Positions 26,205 to 40,497 of a stretch of DNA of 64,000 nucleotides are shown here, piece after piece; position 1 is the first letter of the stretch; every line of letters starts with the position of its first letter. This DNA comes from Eledone cirrhosa (Eukaryota): positions 331,886,001-331,950,000 of the forward strand of contig OZ024740.1 of NCBI GenBank assembly GCA_964016885.1, in the 5' to 3' direction. A program made the translations under genes and the position numbers. Below the pieces are notes generated by a model. It was given only the letters and a program-made list of their open reading frames with translations. It had not been told where the DNA came from and ran no database searches.

Positions 26205-26900
26205 TACTGACGTCTTAGATGTAGGTTCTTCCGCACCGTTTGGCGCATCAAACAGTAAGTAGTCGCCGACGGTCACAATAAGCGGTAGCTTTTTCGTGTC
26301 CGTGCCAAGTGATGTTAGCTGCCATCAGGTGTTTTCAGAACGTTCATCGATAGGGGATCCTGGGGCAACCCCGCTTCCGATTGCCGCAAGGTGGAGTCCA
26401 GATCATCGCTGTTTTCGAGTGTCGTTTGCCGGGCAGGCGCAGAATTTTGCCAGCCAGGTGGCACCGGCGATCTGCAGCGTCCACGACTCGGCTCTTCGCA
26501 GGGTTTCCTCGTTTCGCAATCGGTCGGGCCAGGGCACACGAAGGATCATTCGCAGGCTCTTCCCGGTTTCGCTCGCCTAAAGCAGCACGATGCTCTTGGA
26601 CAGGCGCAGCTTGATCCTGGTGCTGACGCATGAAGACGACAAGACGACAAAATTGTTCTTTCCTCGTTCCTCGCCTTCGGCCAACAGTTTCTTGCACTAC
26701 CTCAGTCACTGCTGTCGCAATCATCGTCCATTGGTCTTCCAGATCTGTAGCCTCACTCAACTGCTGGAATCAGTTGTGCAGCGCCAATTGGTACAGACGA
26801 GGTTGACCGGGATTCTTCAGCTTCTCCATTGTATACGGCTTTGGTCTTTCTTGTCGTGTCCGTTTCTTTGGACGCAGCTGAAGTCCGTCACTCAGTAGGA
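26205..26900 (-). mobile_element. Internally deleted RTE-clade LINE
   Basis: Linker-like WTMIATAVTEVVQETVGRRR is fused to the RT C-terminus AGKILRLP..RHSKTAMIWTP..NRKRGCPR. Confidence 0.7.
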
Positions 26901-26999
26901 TGTACATTCTACAATTACACATTTACCAAGCCCTCCACCCCATTATTGCACCCGCTCGTGTTATTTGGAGCCGAGAGTGCCACCAAACGCCCCTCCTTT

Positions 27000-28080
27000 C
27001 TATGTCTGCATATCTACCACAACACCACCTATCTTATCGCACTCTTTATATCTAAGACTAACACACTCTCTCACTCTCTATAAAAATCTACACTTATCTA
27101 TCCTAATACTCCTCTGTATATCAATCACCACTAAAATTTCACCCTCTCTATTTCTACTATAGTGGAATCTCCCATTATCTCTCTATATATATCTACAACC
27201 ACCAAATCCTTCCCCTCTATGTATCTACTATACGGTACTCTCTTCCAATCCCTATATCTAATACACGGAACTCTCTTCAAATACGCCTATATCAATTAAC
27301 ACCAAACCATCCCGCTCCCTATATCTAATACACGAGACTTTCTTCCAATCCAACTTTATATATCAATAAACATCAATCTTTCCCCCTCTCTATATCTAAT
27401 ATACAATACACTCTCCCAAACCCTCTCACTATATCAAGTACCACCAAAATATCCCCCTCTCTATATCTACCATACAACACTTTCTCTCTCATTCTCTCTC
27501 AATCTATCCATCAATATCAAACTATGCCCCTCTCTATATCTACTATAATACAAGGAACGCTCTTCCTATCCCCCTCTCTATATCAATTAACATCAAATTC
27601 TCCCTGTTTCTATATCTACTACACAGACCTCTCTTCCAGTACACCTCTCTATATCAATAAACATCAATACGTCCCTCTTTCTATATATAATATTAACACA
27701 CACTCCCAAAGCCCCTCACTATATCAATTAACAGCAAACTATCCACCTCTTTATATCTACCATACAAAACTCTCACTCATTCCCTCTCACTCTAACCATC
27801 ACTAGCAAACTCTCACCCTCTCTATATCTACTATACGGAACTCTCTTCCAACCCCCCTTCTATATATAAATAATCACCAAACTCTCCCACTCTCTATATC
27901 TACTACATGGCATTCTCTTCCAATACCCCTCTATATATCAATTAGCACCAAACTCTCCCCCTCTTTACATATACTACACGGAACTCTCTTCGAACCCCCC
28001 TCTCTATATCAATTAACCACAAACTCCCCCCTCTCTACATGTACTAGACGAAACGCTCTTCCAATATCGCTCTCTATATA
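27000..28080. repeat. Degenerate C/T-rich minisatellite (~60-65-bp dimeric unit)
   Basis: Alternating ccctctctatatctactatacggaactctcttccaa and ccctctctatatcaattaacaccaaact motifs. Confidence 0.85.
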
Positions 28081-28204
28081 TATTCACTCAGCAAGTTAAG
28101 TAATAAATATATGAGCAAGGCGAATGGGTAAATGAAGTTGGTGATTACAAAAATGATTTGTAGAAACGCAGCCATCGGTCTCCTCGTCAGATTTTCAATC
28201 ATAA

Positions 28205-28410
28205 AATAATTGTTTCTCATTTAGGCACAAGGACAACAATTTTGAGGGAGGGGGAAATCGATTAAATTAATATAAGTGCGGTACATGCACTTTATTTTTT
28301 TTTTCGATCCTATAAGGATGAAACGCAAAGGTAACCTCGGCGGGATTTGAACTCAGAACGTAAAGGGATGTAAATCGATGCCGTAAAGCATGTTGTCCGA
28401 TGCTCTAATG
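28205..28410 (-). mobile_element. tRNA-derived SINE, diverged subfamily
   Basis: Minus strand cgttctgagttcaaatcccgccgaggttacctttgcgtttcatcctt...ccttgtgcctaaatgagaaacaatt. Confidence 0.8.
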
Positions 28411-29014
28411 TCAATACAGTGATGATAATCATGTTCAGAATAATGTTAGTGATGGTGATGATGATTACAGTTACTATGATGTTCATCATCGGTATCATAT
28501 GTTTTATCATGTTTATCATTTACCCTGTTTTTTTGTTTTGTTTTTATGCTCATCATTAACATCAACTTCAACCTTATATCAACCTTATATTCTATTGTAA
28601 CTTGGCTGACGTAGACAGGTTTGTTATTGCCCATTGAATCAAAACGACTCTGGAAAATGTACTAATTAACTTTACTTAGTAAATGGAAATATAATATCAC
28701 TTTTTTGTTTTTAATATTTTGTTTGCTTTATTTTTCAAATATCCATTAGGAAAGAATGACAATGATAATTTCTAAAATTGCAAATGATTAAAGAAATGTT
28801 TATTACTTGACCGATATTTTCCAATTCTTTGATTGATTAAGGAGAAAAAAATAATCTTTTTAACATAGAATTTCTTCAGTCCTAAATTTTATGTTAACAT
28901 CTGAAGAATAAAACTTACACTTTCTCTTTGTAATGTTTCTTGATTAATTAAACTGAATAAGTGATGTACGGAGGATTATATTACATTTGGCAATTATCTC
29001 TCTATTTGAAAAGA

Positions 29015-29230
29015 TTTATCATCATCATTTCCAACATCGTTATTATCAAAAACGAAACACTAGCAACGACCTCGTTGTCACCATCATCATCATCATCATT
29101 ATCGTCATCAGCATCATCATCATCATCATGTGCATCATCGAAAACATTATCATTATCCTCATCACCGTCATCATTATGTTCGTCGTCATCGCGAACATGA
29201 TCATAATTATGACATTATCAGTGTTGTTGT

Positions 29231-29270
<40 letters not shown>

Positions 29271-29390
29271 GATGCTGCTGCTCTGCTCCTACTACTACTA
29301 CTGCTGCAGCTGCTACTACTACTACTACTACTACTGCTGCAGCTGCTGCTCTGCTACTACTACTACTACTACCACTGCTACTACTGCTGT

Positions 29391-29451
<61 letters not shown>

Positions 29452-29460
29452 GTTGTTGTT
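29015..29460. repeat. (CAT)n and (CTA)n/(CTG)n microsatellites
   Basis: Visible trinucleotide tracts. Confidence 0.95.
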
Positions 29461-30877
29461 CTAGCATCACCGTCAGCTAATAATACATTTTGTAAAAAAA
29501 AAACCTTGTGGTGACATGAAGTTAAAAACATGCATTCATCTATTATGTGTAATGCTGCGCATAATCGGATTGTCGACGTGTATTTTGACAATTGCATCAG
29601 TGGAAATATACATAACAAGATATATACATAACACAAATGGATAAAATAAGCTAAAACAAAAATCGACATTCAAAGAAGAATACATCAATACTGAACTTTG
29701 GCACATCTTACAACTGTCCATTCATTGACTACATGGTTTTCTTTTTCTTTTTTTTTCTTCTACATCTCATCTTTAATATTTCTTTCTACATTCTCATTTT
29801 ATTTCTATCTTTCTATCTTTCATTCTTTCTATCGTTGATTCTTTCTTCTTTGCTTCTTTCATTTTCTTTCTTGTATTCTTATTTATTCTCTTTTTAAAAG
29901 CAATTCCTAATACGATTTGTAACGGTTTGAATAAGCTCTGAACATTTGTTTATTTGGACTAAGTACAAAAGCATTATATTTAAGAGAATTGAAAATTGGC
30001 TGATGTGACCGCCAATGTCAAGTGCATTAGACATATAAATTTGTATGACAATAGAAATCACAAATGTGTATAACATTCTGTTGTTCTGGGAAAATTTATC
30101 TACAACAATGTATTGCATAAGAGAGATTATATTTGATTACATCTACCCTGGCATGTTACCGGTACATATTTTGAAGACCGTATAAGATTGAATGTCAGAT
30201 TTATTTATTGGCTGGATTTGAATCCAGACTGTGCGGTGCCCACAATATATTTGGTATTCTAAACTAAATAATATTTTTCTCTACTGACCACAGTCCCTCC
30301 CACATCATCATTAATAAGACACATTGGCATCATTATTGTCTGCTGAAGTTGTTCGATTCACCAAAAGTTGTTTCTGGCTCAATACTACTGCAAAACGCCA
30401 TAAGCCTGTGTTTTATGCCACATCCTCGGATAAATCAACCCTTTGCTATTGAAATTTAGTATATACATTTCAAAAATCACTCATGAAAAGGTATATATAT
30501 ATATTTTTATTTATTAAAATAACAGATTAAAGTTTAAGCAAAGAATCGCTGCTTTCACCCTTAACCGGATCTTCTGAAACTAAAAAAAAGTCAATCTATG
30601 AACGCAGAAGTAAATATTTCAAAAACGTTGCAACCGGATGAAGACAGGAAGACGATACTTTGGTTCGTGGAAACGTTCCCTGACAAAGAACGGGAAAAAA
30701 CGAATATAATACGTCATTATTTGGAGTGGTGAAAAACAATAACGCGCAAAGACAAAACCACGGTTATGGTATAAAAGAAGTCGTAGACTAATATTCATTC
30801 TATTAGGTCGTTCCTGGAGACGTCCCTCTTTGGATTTTAGTCTTCAAATGTATTATTATTGTATATATATATATATT

Positions 30878-30937
<60 letters not shown>

Positions 30938-31099
30938 GAAGGTGGAAATACAACGGAAAATTAAGGGTCTGTTTTTCTCTTTTTATCGTTTCTTTCATTC
31001 GTTAAAGTGACATTATTGAAAAGATAACATTTATTGAAAAATTTAGAGGAACAATTCTTTTTTTTTTAAAGTTTTATAATGTATATAAAGTATATAAAG

Positions 31100-31143
31100 T
31101 ATTACCGGTTTCGATGTATTATTAAAATTCATCTTATCAAATG
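31100..31143 (-). ncRNA. Minimal HHR-like motif with U3-A8 core, weak helix I
   Basis: UUGAUAA-GAUG...CAUC-GAAAC-CG-GUA. Confidence 0.5.
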
Positions 31144-31409
31144 TTGAGTATTGGAATACAAATTTAAAAGAATTAATAGGAGTTAAAAACTAAAGATTAA
31201 AGATTTAAAATTAAAATCAAATGTTAGAGTAAGTATTCTTCCATCTTTCTTGCTCAAAATTTGGCTGGAGAATGAGTTCTTGGTGGTAGCAGCTGTGTTT
31301 CTTCACAGAACAAAGTTGTTGTTTTTTAAACATCTTGTGTGTGCATATCTGATTGTGTTAATTGACTGGTCAAGAGTTCAAAAGGAGATGGGGCATTGTA
31401 AGCTAGGGA

Positions 31410-33305
31410 GGAACACATCACTGGACACCTACTGCGAACGCACCGTCAACTTTCCCTATGAACAAATTAACAGACGAAATCGAACCTCTCCAAACACGAA
31501 TGGAAATAATTATTCACACTGCGAAATAACACTGTAATAACCATCAAAGAAGCCGATAAAAGGGAGCACTGTGGTCATTATGGACACTGACTACTATAGA
31601 GACCTGGCACTCAAAATCTTAGACGACAACAGGTACTACGAAAAAACAGTAAACTACAAACAATGTAAAACAATAGGAACCTCCTAGCATTACTACAAAA
31701 ATACCGCAGTAGCCTAACCACAAAGGAATTTGAATACATAAGCCATTTCAAATGTTATACAATTGCTGTCTACGGCTTACCGAAGATACATAAATGTAAA
31801 CTCATAAGCAATGCATGTGACACTTCGACTAACAATTACATACAATTAACACCACCAGAATACTTAACACCCACAGACTTAGCAACTTCCTGGACATCCT
31901 ACTAAAGCCCTTACTAAAACATATACATAGCTACATACAGGATGACCTACTCAAAACATTAACTGAAAACACTATTCTTGCCTCCTTTGACGTATTAAAC
32001 CTCTACACTAATATACCCCATAATTATGGAATAACAGCAATCCAATTTGAAATACCAATCTGAAATACCAACATACATCAACAAAAACTTCATTATTGAT
32101 GGACTCCGATTTATCCTACAGAATAATTTCTTTACTTTCAATGACTCAACATACCGACAAATCTCAGGGACTGCAATGGGCACAAAGGTATCTCCCACAT
32201 ACGCCAACTTAGTAATGGGATTCTACGAACAACAAATCTACAAACAATTCCTTCTATTATTCGGAGACACTGTCCTTACACATCTCAAACATAATTGGAA
32301 GAGATACCTAGACGATTGCTTCACATTATGGCAGGAATATGATTAACAATATGATTAACAATATGATTAACAACATTAACAATAATATACAATCCACAAT
32401 GGAATCTAACTCGAAGGAATTAGCCTTCTTGGATAGTCTCATTCTAAAAGCAGATGGGAAAATAGAAACAGACATCTTTTATAAACCCACGGACTCCAAA
32501 CAGTACCTCCTATTCACTTCAAATCACCCAAAACATACACAACTAAACATTCCTTTCAATTTAGCCACACGTATATGCACCATAGTATCGGACCCACCTA
32601 AACAGGAACAACGACTAAATGAACTCAAAACACACATACCTTAAGTGCCTTCCAACTTGACATAATTAATAACGGAATAGACAAAGCAAAACACGCAAAT
32701 TTTCATCAACCCAACAACCCAAAGCACATAACCACAAACAATACCTTACCATATGTATCCACGTTCAACCCCCAAAACACAAAACTGTTCGACCTCCTAC
32801 ACAAATACCTCCCCATTCTATTTAAAGATGAAAAAAAATGAAAAAGAATCTAGGAACACACAAGATCATCAAAAGCAAAAGGCAAACCTATCTCCAGCCT
32901 TACGGTAACAAAATGCGGAAGAACAAATTGTGGAACATGCCTATACTTAACTGAAGGACATAAATTCACTTTTAAATATGGCCAAAGTTACACAGTGAAA
33001 AACAACTTCACTTTCAACTCGGAGAACCTGATATATGTAATCACATTCGGTGGCTATCGACATAATTATATAGGACAGACGGGGATGTCATTACGTAAAA
33101 GAATGACCATCCATCGGCAACACATCCGATACGCAAACACGGAGAATCCCTTTAAGTAGCCACATTGCAGATTGTGCAGGAATGACTCTACCCAACTTTA
33201 AAATCTCCCCCCTTTACAAGTGCTCCGATTCTTTCACTCAACAACAAAGTATAAATAAGGAAAAACTATTTATTAACAAATTTAAACCAAAACTAAATAT
33301 GTAAT
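31410..33305 (+). mobile_element. Degenerate Penelope-like element (RT plus GIY-YIG; Neptune/Poseidon-like)
   Basis: TIKEADKG..VVIMD, YGLPKIHK, FILQNNFFTFN..YRQISGTAMGTKVSPTYANL, WKRYLDD, AFLD, TDIFYKPTD, KCGRTNCGTC, NLIYVI..NYIGQTG..LRKRM..HR. Confidence 0.92.
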
Positions 33306-33474
33306 CACCCCCATTTGATCCCTCTCCCAAACACCACAAAATAATTTTGAGATTTTGATAATTTTCTGAATTTATGGAGAAAAAAATTAAATTTCCCACC
33401 ACAAACGGACCTGTGACGAACAGGCTGACACACACACACACACAGACACCCCACACACACACACATGTGCATTG

Positions 33475-33532
<58 letters not shown>

Positions 33533-33540
33533 ATATATAT

Positions 33541-33572
<32 letters not shown>

Positions 33573-33869
33573 GTACACACACACACACCAACAAATAAAT
33601 TACTCATTGCAGAAGTTACTGCCCGAGAGCCACTACTGATACTCTACTCTGGCTCTTTCTAAAATATTTTTTTTAATATTTAGATTTTGAGAATCCTTTG
33701 AATTTTGAATAAATAAATTTTTTCCAAAAAAACTTTTTTTTTCAAAGATATCTTTTTAAAGTTTTTTGATTTTGAAGATTTTTATTTTAATTTCCCACCA
33801 CAAGGGGGTCTGTGACCGATAGGAAAACACACACACACACACACCACACCACAACCCCCTCCCCCAATT

Positions 33870-35149
33870 TTGAAGGAATTTTAAAGTTTAGGATAACGGT
33901 AGCTACCAACCTCTCTAGCGTAGATTTCTTAGACATCAATTTAGACCTTCGCACACATACCTTCAGACCCTTCCATAAGTTAAACGAAAAACCTAATTAC
34001 ATTAACAAGGACTCATCCCACCCTCCTACTGATTTTAGAAACTTCGTAAATAATATCAGTACTAGAATCACTAACCTCTCCTCTAATAAGGCTATCTTTG
34101 ACAGAGCGGCCCCCTACTATAACACGGCGTTAGCTAACAGCGGCTTCTCACAAGCAATTATTTACTCCCCATTAACAACAACAACAATAAGAAAAAAAAT
34201 CGTAACAATAGACAAACTATCTGGTTCTCTCCTCCCTTCTCGCTCAACGTTAAAACTAATGTAGGGGAAAATGTTTAGCCCTCTTAGATAGACACTTTCC
34301 CATAGGTCACAAATACCGCTCCATCTTTAACAAATACAGAGTATAACTAGGGCACTCCAGCGCTAAGAATGTGAAGGCACACATCCCCAACAGCCCTAAG
34401 AGTGGCACCCTACCAGGATGCTCTTGCCGAAAGCCTGAAGCTTGTCCCCTTCAACAGCAATGCAACACTCCCGCTGTAGTTTATGAAGGTGTGGTCACTT
34501 CCAACTGACCAAATCAACCACCGGAGGTCGAATCCTATGTGGGTATGGCGGCGCCCGATTTAAGGAACGCTTCCTGAAGCATCAGTCTACCTTTAGGTAT
34601 CCGGTCAAACAATAATCCACGAAGCTCACGAGCCACGTATGGTCCCTCAAAGACTCAGGTATAGACTACTCCATTCAATGAAAGGCCATCACTAAGTCAA
34701 ATCCATGGACAGTGTATTGAAGAAAGGATAAATATTCTAAGGAGATTACGCAATAGCGATTGCTTAAATTATAGATGATTCTGCTCTCGTTGTCCACATG
34801 TCTGGAAACACCTCTTCATACCTATAAAACTCCGGATTTAATAACAACAACATTCTAATTTTCTCATCAACTCGAAGATTTTATACCGGACTTTCTCAGT
34901 TACCTCCCTTAAACCTTTCGCCCGTGGTTTTGTATCGCTTGGGTGAAGTGAGCTTTTCTGCACATGCACGTTCATACGGTTGTTCTTCCTGTTCCGTATA
35001 ACCATGACCAGTCCAAGGTGAAGATCCGCATAAGGTGAAACAATTGTTCTCGGTATGGTGAACTAACTCTTGTGTTACTTCTTCTACCAAACTCGTCTCA
35101 TGGACTGAGTGCTCTACCACTACGGATATTACCTTACAGTGTTCTACCA

Positions 35150-35152
<3 letters not shown>
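33870..35152 (+). mobile_element. 5'-truncated PLE (Naiad-like): RT thumb, GIY-YIG and pLTR
   Basis: VDFLDINLDL, YINKDSSHPP, LSSNKAIFD.AAPYYN.AL..SGF, WFSPPF, CSCRKPEACPL..C..AVVY, SYVG; degenerate HHR at 35013-35053; ends at (CA)n/(TA)n. Confidence 0.9.
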
Positions 35153-35235
<83 letters not shown>

Positions 35236-35238
<3 letters not shown>

Positions 35239-35323
35239 ACGAAGGAGGTGTGGTAAGGAACCAGATGGACCATAACGCACCAGAGTACTCAATACTTAGG
35301 GTAGTAGAGTGGGTAATAGGAAA
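35236..35323 (-). mobile_element. Isolated ~87-nt PLE 3' terminus in (TA)n
   Basis: Homologous to 60116-60199 and 45271-45356; TA on both sides. Confidence 0.85.
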
Positions 35324-35345
35324 TATATATATATATATATATATA

Positions 35346-35491
35346 TAGTGGTAGGACACTGGAAGGTAATATCCGTAGTGGTAGAGCACTCAATCCATGG
35401 GATAAGTTAGGTAGAAGTTGTTACACAATAGCTAGTTCACCATACCGAGAACAATGGTTCTCGGTATGGTGAACTAACTGTTGTGTAACCA

Positions 35492-35492
<1 letters not shown>
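35346..35492 (-). mobile_element. pLTR 3' end of the 33.9-35.15 kb family with a short fold-back
   Basis: Reverse complement of ~35041-35152, followed by a palindrome centred on gagaac-aatg-gttctc. Confidence 0.85.
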
Positions 35493-35527
<35 letters not shown>

Positions 35528-36792
35528 GGGTTTGTCTGTGTTTATGCGTGGTGGTAGTGATAGTGTTATTGGTGGTTGTAGTTTTATGTATACCGATATA
35601 AATCGGTGTAAGTACCTAGTAGTGGGATATATAAACTACAAAAGAGAAGCAACAAACTAAAAATTGTTGCCCATTCGTTAGAGATTCGTTGAATTATTAA
35701 CAGTGGTTATCATATTTAACAGCCTGATTGAACCAAACGGTCTGCAAGCTGAAAGAAATTACCGAGCTGAATATTATCCACTCGGTATAAACGCCCTCAG
35801 TTTGATCAGGGATTTCATTGAATTTGGATGCTATATTATCCGCACACCTGGTCATGTTCTTTGTTTCAGCCACACTTTATGTTGTAAGTCAAGCTGCCAG
35901 TTTTGTGTGTTTTCCTAGCTTTATGTATGTCTCAGATTGTAGATATCTAGATGGTGATCAATTGAAGGTTCAAGAATTCTATTAATACACACATGCAGCA
36001 GATAACAGAAGAGCTCAATCACAATAACACAATCAATTACCGATCTCAATAACTTGTGTGCCTATGTATATTTTGCGCTGGAAGATGTTCATAATAATGT
36101 GCCGTTTCTTCCACTGCTCGTTCCATGCCAAGTAGACAATGCAAACATATGCATTGAAGCTTCAAATTAGGATATATAACTCAGTCGTAACTATATCTAA
36201 CATTCTTTGACTTAATCAAGGAAGGATCTGCATTTGGCGCATGAACCATATCTGTTTATATATTTGAAATTTTCACTAACAACTCCAATACATTCATTTA
36301 CAACCAGCGGTATACTATATTGTGCCACTACTACTATTAAAACGATAGAGGCCATAGAAGCTAAAACACTCCTCAATTAGAGTGTCTTCAGTTATTATTG
36401 TTGGTTGCTAAATACAGCGCTAACCGATTGACCTGATTGCAGGACAATTGACCTAAGAAATTCAATAGATTTGTTATTGAAATGTGAAACTAAATCTGAC
36501 CAATGGAAAGGAGGTGAATTCTACTGATGCTGTCAACTCTGAATAATATGCGACCGGTGCTTTGAGAAAACACCAAATTTCAGCACTGAGCATATCAAAT
36601 ATTGAAATAACAGAAGTAAGCTTTATTCCATCATTATGGTTTTCTAGGGCATTTTTTTCTGTTCAAGCTCTACCTGTGTGATGAGGTCATAGCTGTTGCA
36701 TCATGGTTATCACCGAAATATATATAACTGCGATTATGAATAAACGAAGTTAACTTTAACCTGTTGATTTACACTTCTTTATATATATATAT

Positions 36793-36846
<54 letters not shown>

Positions 36847-36904
36847 AGAGAGAGAGGGAGAAAGAGAAAGAGAGAAAGAGAGAGAGAGAGGGAGAGAAGA
36901 AAAG

Positions 36905-37098
36905 GGTCAGGACCCTGATGGCTGAGCTCCGGCCGTTTCGACAGCTAGATCCAAAGTATTCGGATCTAGCTGTCGAAACGGCCGGAGCTCAGCCGTCGGG
37001 GTCCTGACTTTTTTCCTATTACCCACTCTACTACCCTAAGTATTGCGTACTCCGGTGCGTTACGGTACACCTGGTATCTTACCACACCCTCTTTGTTA
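36905..37098 (+). mobile_element. Fold-back PLE mini-insertion (half HHR inverted, half HHR, then 3' terminus)
   Basis: gtcaggaccctgatggctgagctccggccgtttcgacagctagatcc / ggatctagctgtcgaaacggccggagctcagccgtcggggtcctgac, then the conserved 3' terminus and (TA)n. Confidence 0.85.
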
Positions 37099-37100
37099 TA

Positions 37101-37141
<41 letters not shown>

Positions 37142-37143
<2 letters not shown>

Positions 37144-38232
37144 GAGAGACGTAAAATAAGAAAATTATAAAATTAACTTACTTACTAAAATATCACTTCC
37201 AACTAATTAGTTTCTGAAATGGAATAAATATGCTTTCCGAAGAAAACATAGAGAATCATTTCGTCGTCTGGTAAGACTATTCTCAGCTAAGTATCCAGGC
37301 AAAGCGTGGACTCTGGAAACTTATTCAAAAATAATTCAGTGGATAGAAAATAGCAAAGCGTGGACTGAATTCCCAGCCATTGAGAAAATCACTGCCTCTG
37401 CGTCGGTGGCAAATTCAAAAAGATTCAATCACGTGACATCGAGGTCAATCAGTGGAAAGTGGTTTGCTAATAAGACAGCGGCCTGCCTGCTACCATAGCA
37501 GCAGTCTTGGCCAATATTGCTCGACAAATAATTTGGAGATAATTATAAAGAATTAATATCTAGTAACATATATATACACATACAGATGCATATCAATGCT
37601 AGCAAATATATAGGTTTTGTCTTAGTAACTTTGTGGTTCAATGCATGGGGTTGCAGAACAATAATATGAGAGACGTAAAATAAGAAAATTATAAAATTAA
37701 CTTACTTACTAAAATATCACTTCCAACTAATTAGTTTCTGAAATGGCCAAGACTGCTGCTATGGTAGCAGGCAGGCCGCTGTCTCATTAGCAAACCACTT
37801 TCCACTGATTGACCTCGATGTCACGTGATTGATTCTTTTTGAATTTGCCACCGACGCAGAGGCAGTGATTTTCTCAATGGCTAGGAATTCAGTCCACGCT
37901 TTGCTATTTTCTATCCACTGAATTATTTTTGAATAAGTTTCCAGAGTCCACGCTTTGCCTGGATACTTAGCTGAGAATAGTCTTACCAGACGACGAAATG
38001 ATTCTCTATGTTTTCTTCGGAAAGCATATTTATTCCATTTCAGAAACTAATTAGTTGGAAGTGATATTTTAGTAAGTAAATTAATTTTATAATTTTCTTA
38101 TTTTACGTCTCTCATATTATTGTTCTGCAACCCCATGCATTGAACCACAAAGTTACTAAGACAAAACCTATATATTTGCTAGCATTGATATGCATCTGTA
38201 TGTGTATATATGTTACTAGATATTAATTCTTT
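37142..38232. repeat. Complex inverted duplication (A, B+A-start, invA+invB) between (TA)n tracts
   Basis: 37142-37514 matches the reverse complement of ~37745-38114; 37545-37667 matches the reverse complement of ~38115-38232; 37667-37747 repeats the start of A. Confidence 0.9.
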
Positions 38233-38243
38233 ATATATATATG

Positions 38244-38275
<32 letters not shown>

Positions 38276-38317
38276 TATATCAAAGTAAAGATCCGAAGGC
38301 ATGGTATAAATTTCCAA

Positions 38318-38391
38318 TCACGACACGTGTTTCAATAAGAGATAGATCGATCGTGTAGCCATGATCGATTATCACTGATTTCGTCAGGTGA
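38318..38391 (-). ncRNA. Intact type I hammerhead ribozyme with extended helix II
   Basis: UCAC-CUGACGA-AAU...AUCGAUCAUG(GCUA)CACGAUCGAU...AUU-GAAAC-ACGU-GUC/GUGA; palindromic helix III ACACGUGU; ~40 nt from a (TA)n tract. Confidence 0.85.
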
Positions 38392-39774
38392 AAATGAATT
38401 GTCTTTATATCCTTGATATGAGGGAGAAAATTAACGGTGTTCACTCACAGAGTTTAGTCCCTCCATAAATGGAATTGGAGATATACAAAAGCGTGGAGAA
38501 CTTAATATTGCTAACAAAAATGTTATTGGACCGTTTTTACACAACCAATAATACACCTTACTATATATATATATATATATGTGTTTATATATTTATATAA
38601 ATAGTTCGAAAACACGTCTTTCACCTAACGGATTTTCAACAACCGATATAACCTCCCTGTGTTCTACCATCATATATATAGAGTTAATGCCGTTTCTTGA
38701 AATTTAGCAAGTTACTAGCTTCGGTAACTTAAAGGAAGCTTAGTTCTCTGTAAATATAGATGGCAATGGAAAATTATTGATAGCTACAATATTCCTACAG
38801 AGGTTTTCGGAAGAATGAATGATGTGTGTATTAGGAAATAGAATAAATTCATTGAATGGTAAGAAAAACCACGCGACGATATCTAATATGTAGAAGAATG
38901 GGGTAAATGTAAGAAAATGATATGAAAATGAAAGAACTTCACTTAGAAACACAATTAGCGAAGACGTAAAGATGATAGGGATGCGATAATATGGGACTAA
39001 ATGCGATATCGAAAAAGCATGAGTCGATAAATTGTAAGTTAGACGAGAGGGAAATAAAGATTGAGAAAGAAAGTGGGAGAAAGAGGATGGTAGAAAACTT
39101 GAGAGGAAATGGGGGAAATACAATAAAAGTAATAAATAGAATACATGCGAGCGAAAATGGTAGATGTGTTGAATGAAGGAGAAAAATAGTGACTGGAAGA
39201 ATGATTTAACGATACGAAGATGTTAAAAATGAGGAAGAAAATGGAAGCAGAACAATGTGTGGAGACAGAAATAAATTAGGACAAAAAATAAGCGGAGAGA
39301 TATAGTGATAGAAAGCTACAGAGATGGTGGATAACAGAAAGAGAGAAAGTGTTTCAAGAAGATATTCATAGTAAACATTGGTATTAAGCTCCGTGATTTC
39401 TTTTTTCAGAATTCAGACCTAATGGTTAATGGAAGATGTGAAGAGTGTGGAACTCTTTTCAACAGTATTACACATATACATTGAAGAACAAAAACAATAA
39501 ATATAAAGAGAATAATAACAATAACAATAAAAAGAACAATAAAAAATATGTAGAATATCATAAAGAAAATAATACCATATTGAATGAAACAATATATAAT
39601 TGATATTCACATCCGCGATGTAGGTCACGTGTTGATGTATGCCTAACTACAACATAGATATTTCGAAAGATACTGCTTGGGCATTTTTGCACTTTTATAG
39701 TATTTGTAAATTATATATGTTAACTTACACATATTCAGTTGTAACACATATATAATTGAATATATATAACAATA

Positions 39775-39906
<132 letters not shown>

Positions 39907-39919
39907 TGTGTATATATAT

Positions 39920-39950
<31 letters not shown>

Positions 39951-39986
39951 CATACATATTTATATATATATATATGTACATATACT

Positions 39987-40029
<43 letters not shown>

Positions 40030-40411
40030 TTGTGTGTGTCTGGTTGGGTGTGTCTGTTTGGGTGTGAATGCGTTCATGCATAAAATATATATGCATGTAT
40101 ATGTTTTAGCATATGCAAGCATATATAAATATGAATGCATATATGTACTCATATATGTCTATTAATTTTGTCACAGTGTATGTCATAGTATATATGATAC
40201 GTTAATGCAATACTATTTGATACGGAAAGAATTCCTACAAAGTATATAAAACATTAATTGAATTTAGATCTTTAGATAGGGCAGTTACTTATAAGTTTCG
40301 CAATTATGCTGACTCAAGCGTAATAACAGGTGAGGCATCAAGTAATTCTCATACCAAAATTTATAAAATGAAACCACATAATTATACAATTGTTCTATAT
40401 CAAATAATGTC

Positions 40412-40497
<86 letters not shown>

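Noticed and set aside
27000-28080. CRISPR-like array
   Set aside because: Degenerate contiguous minisatellite without unique spacers; eukaryotic context with no cas genes.
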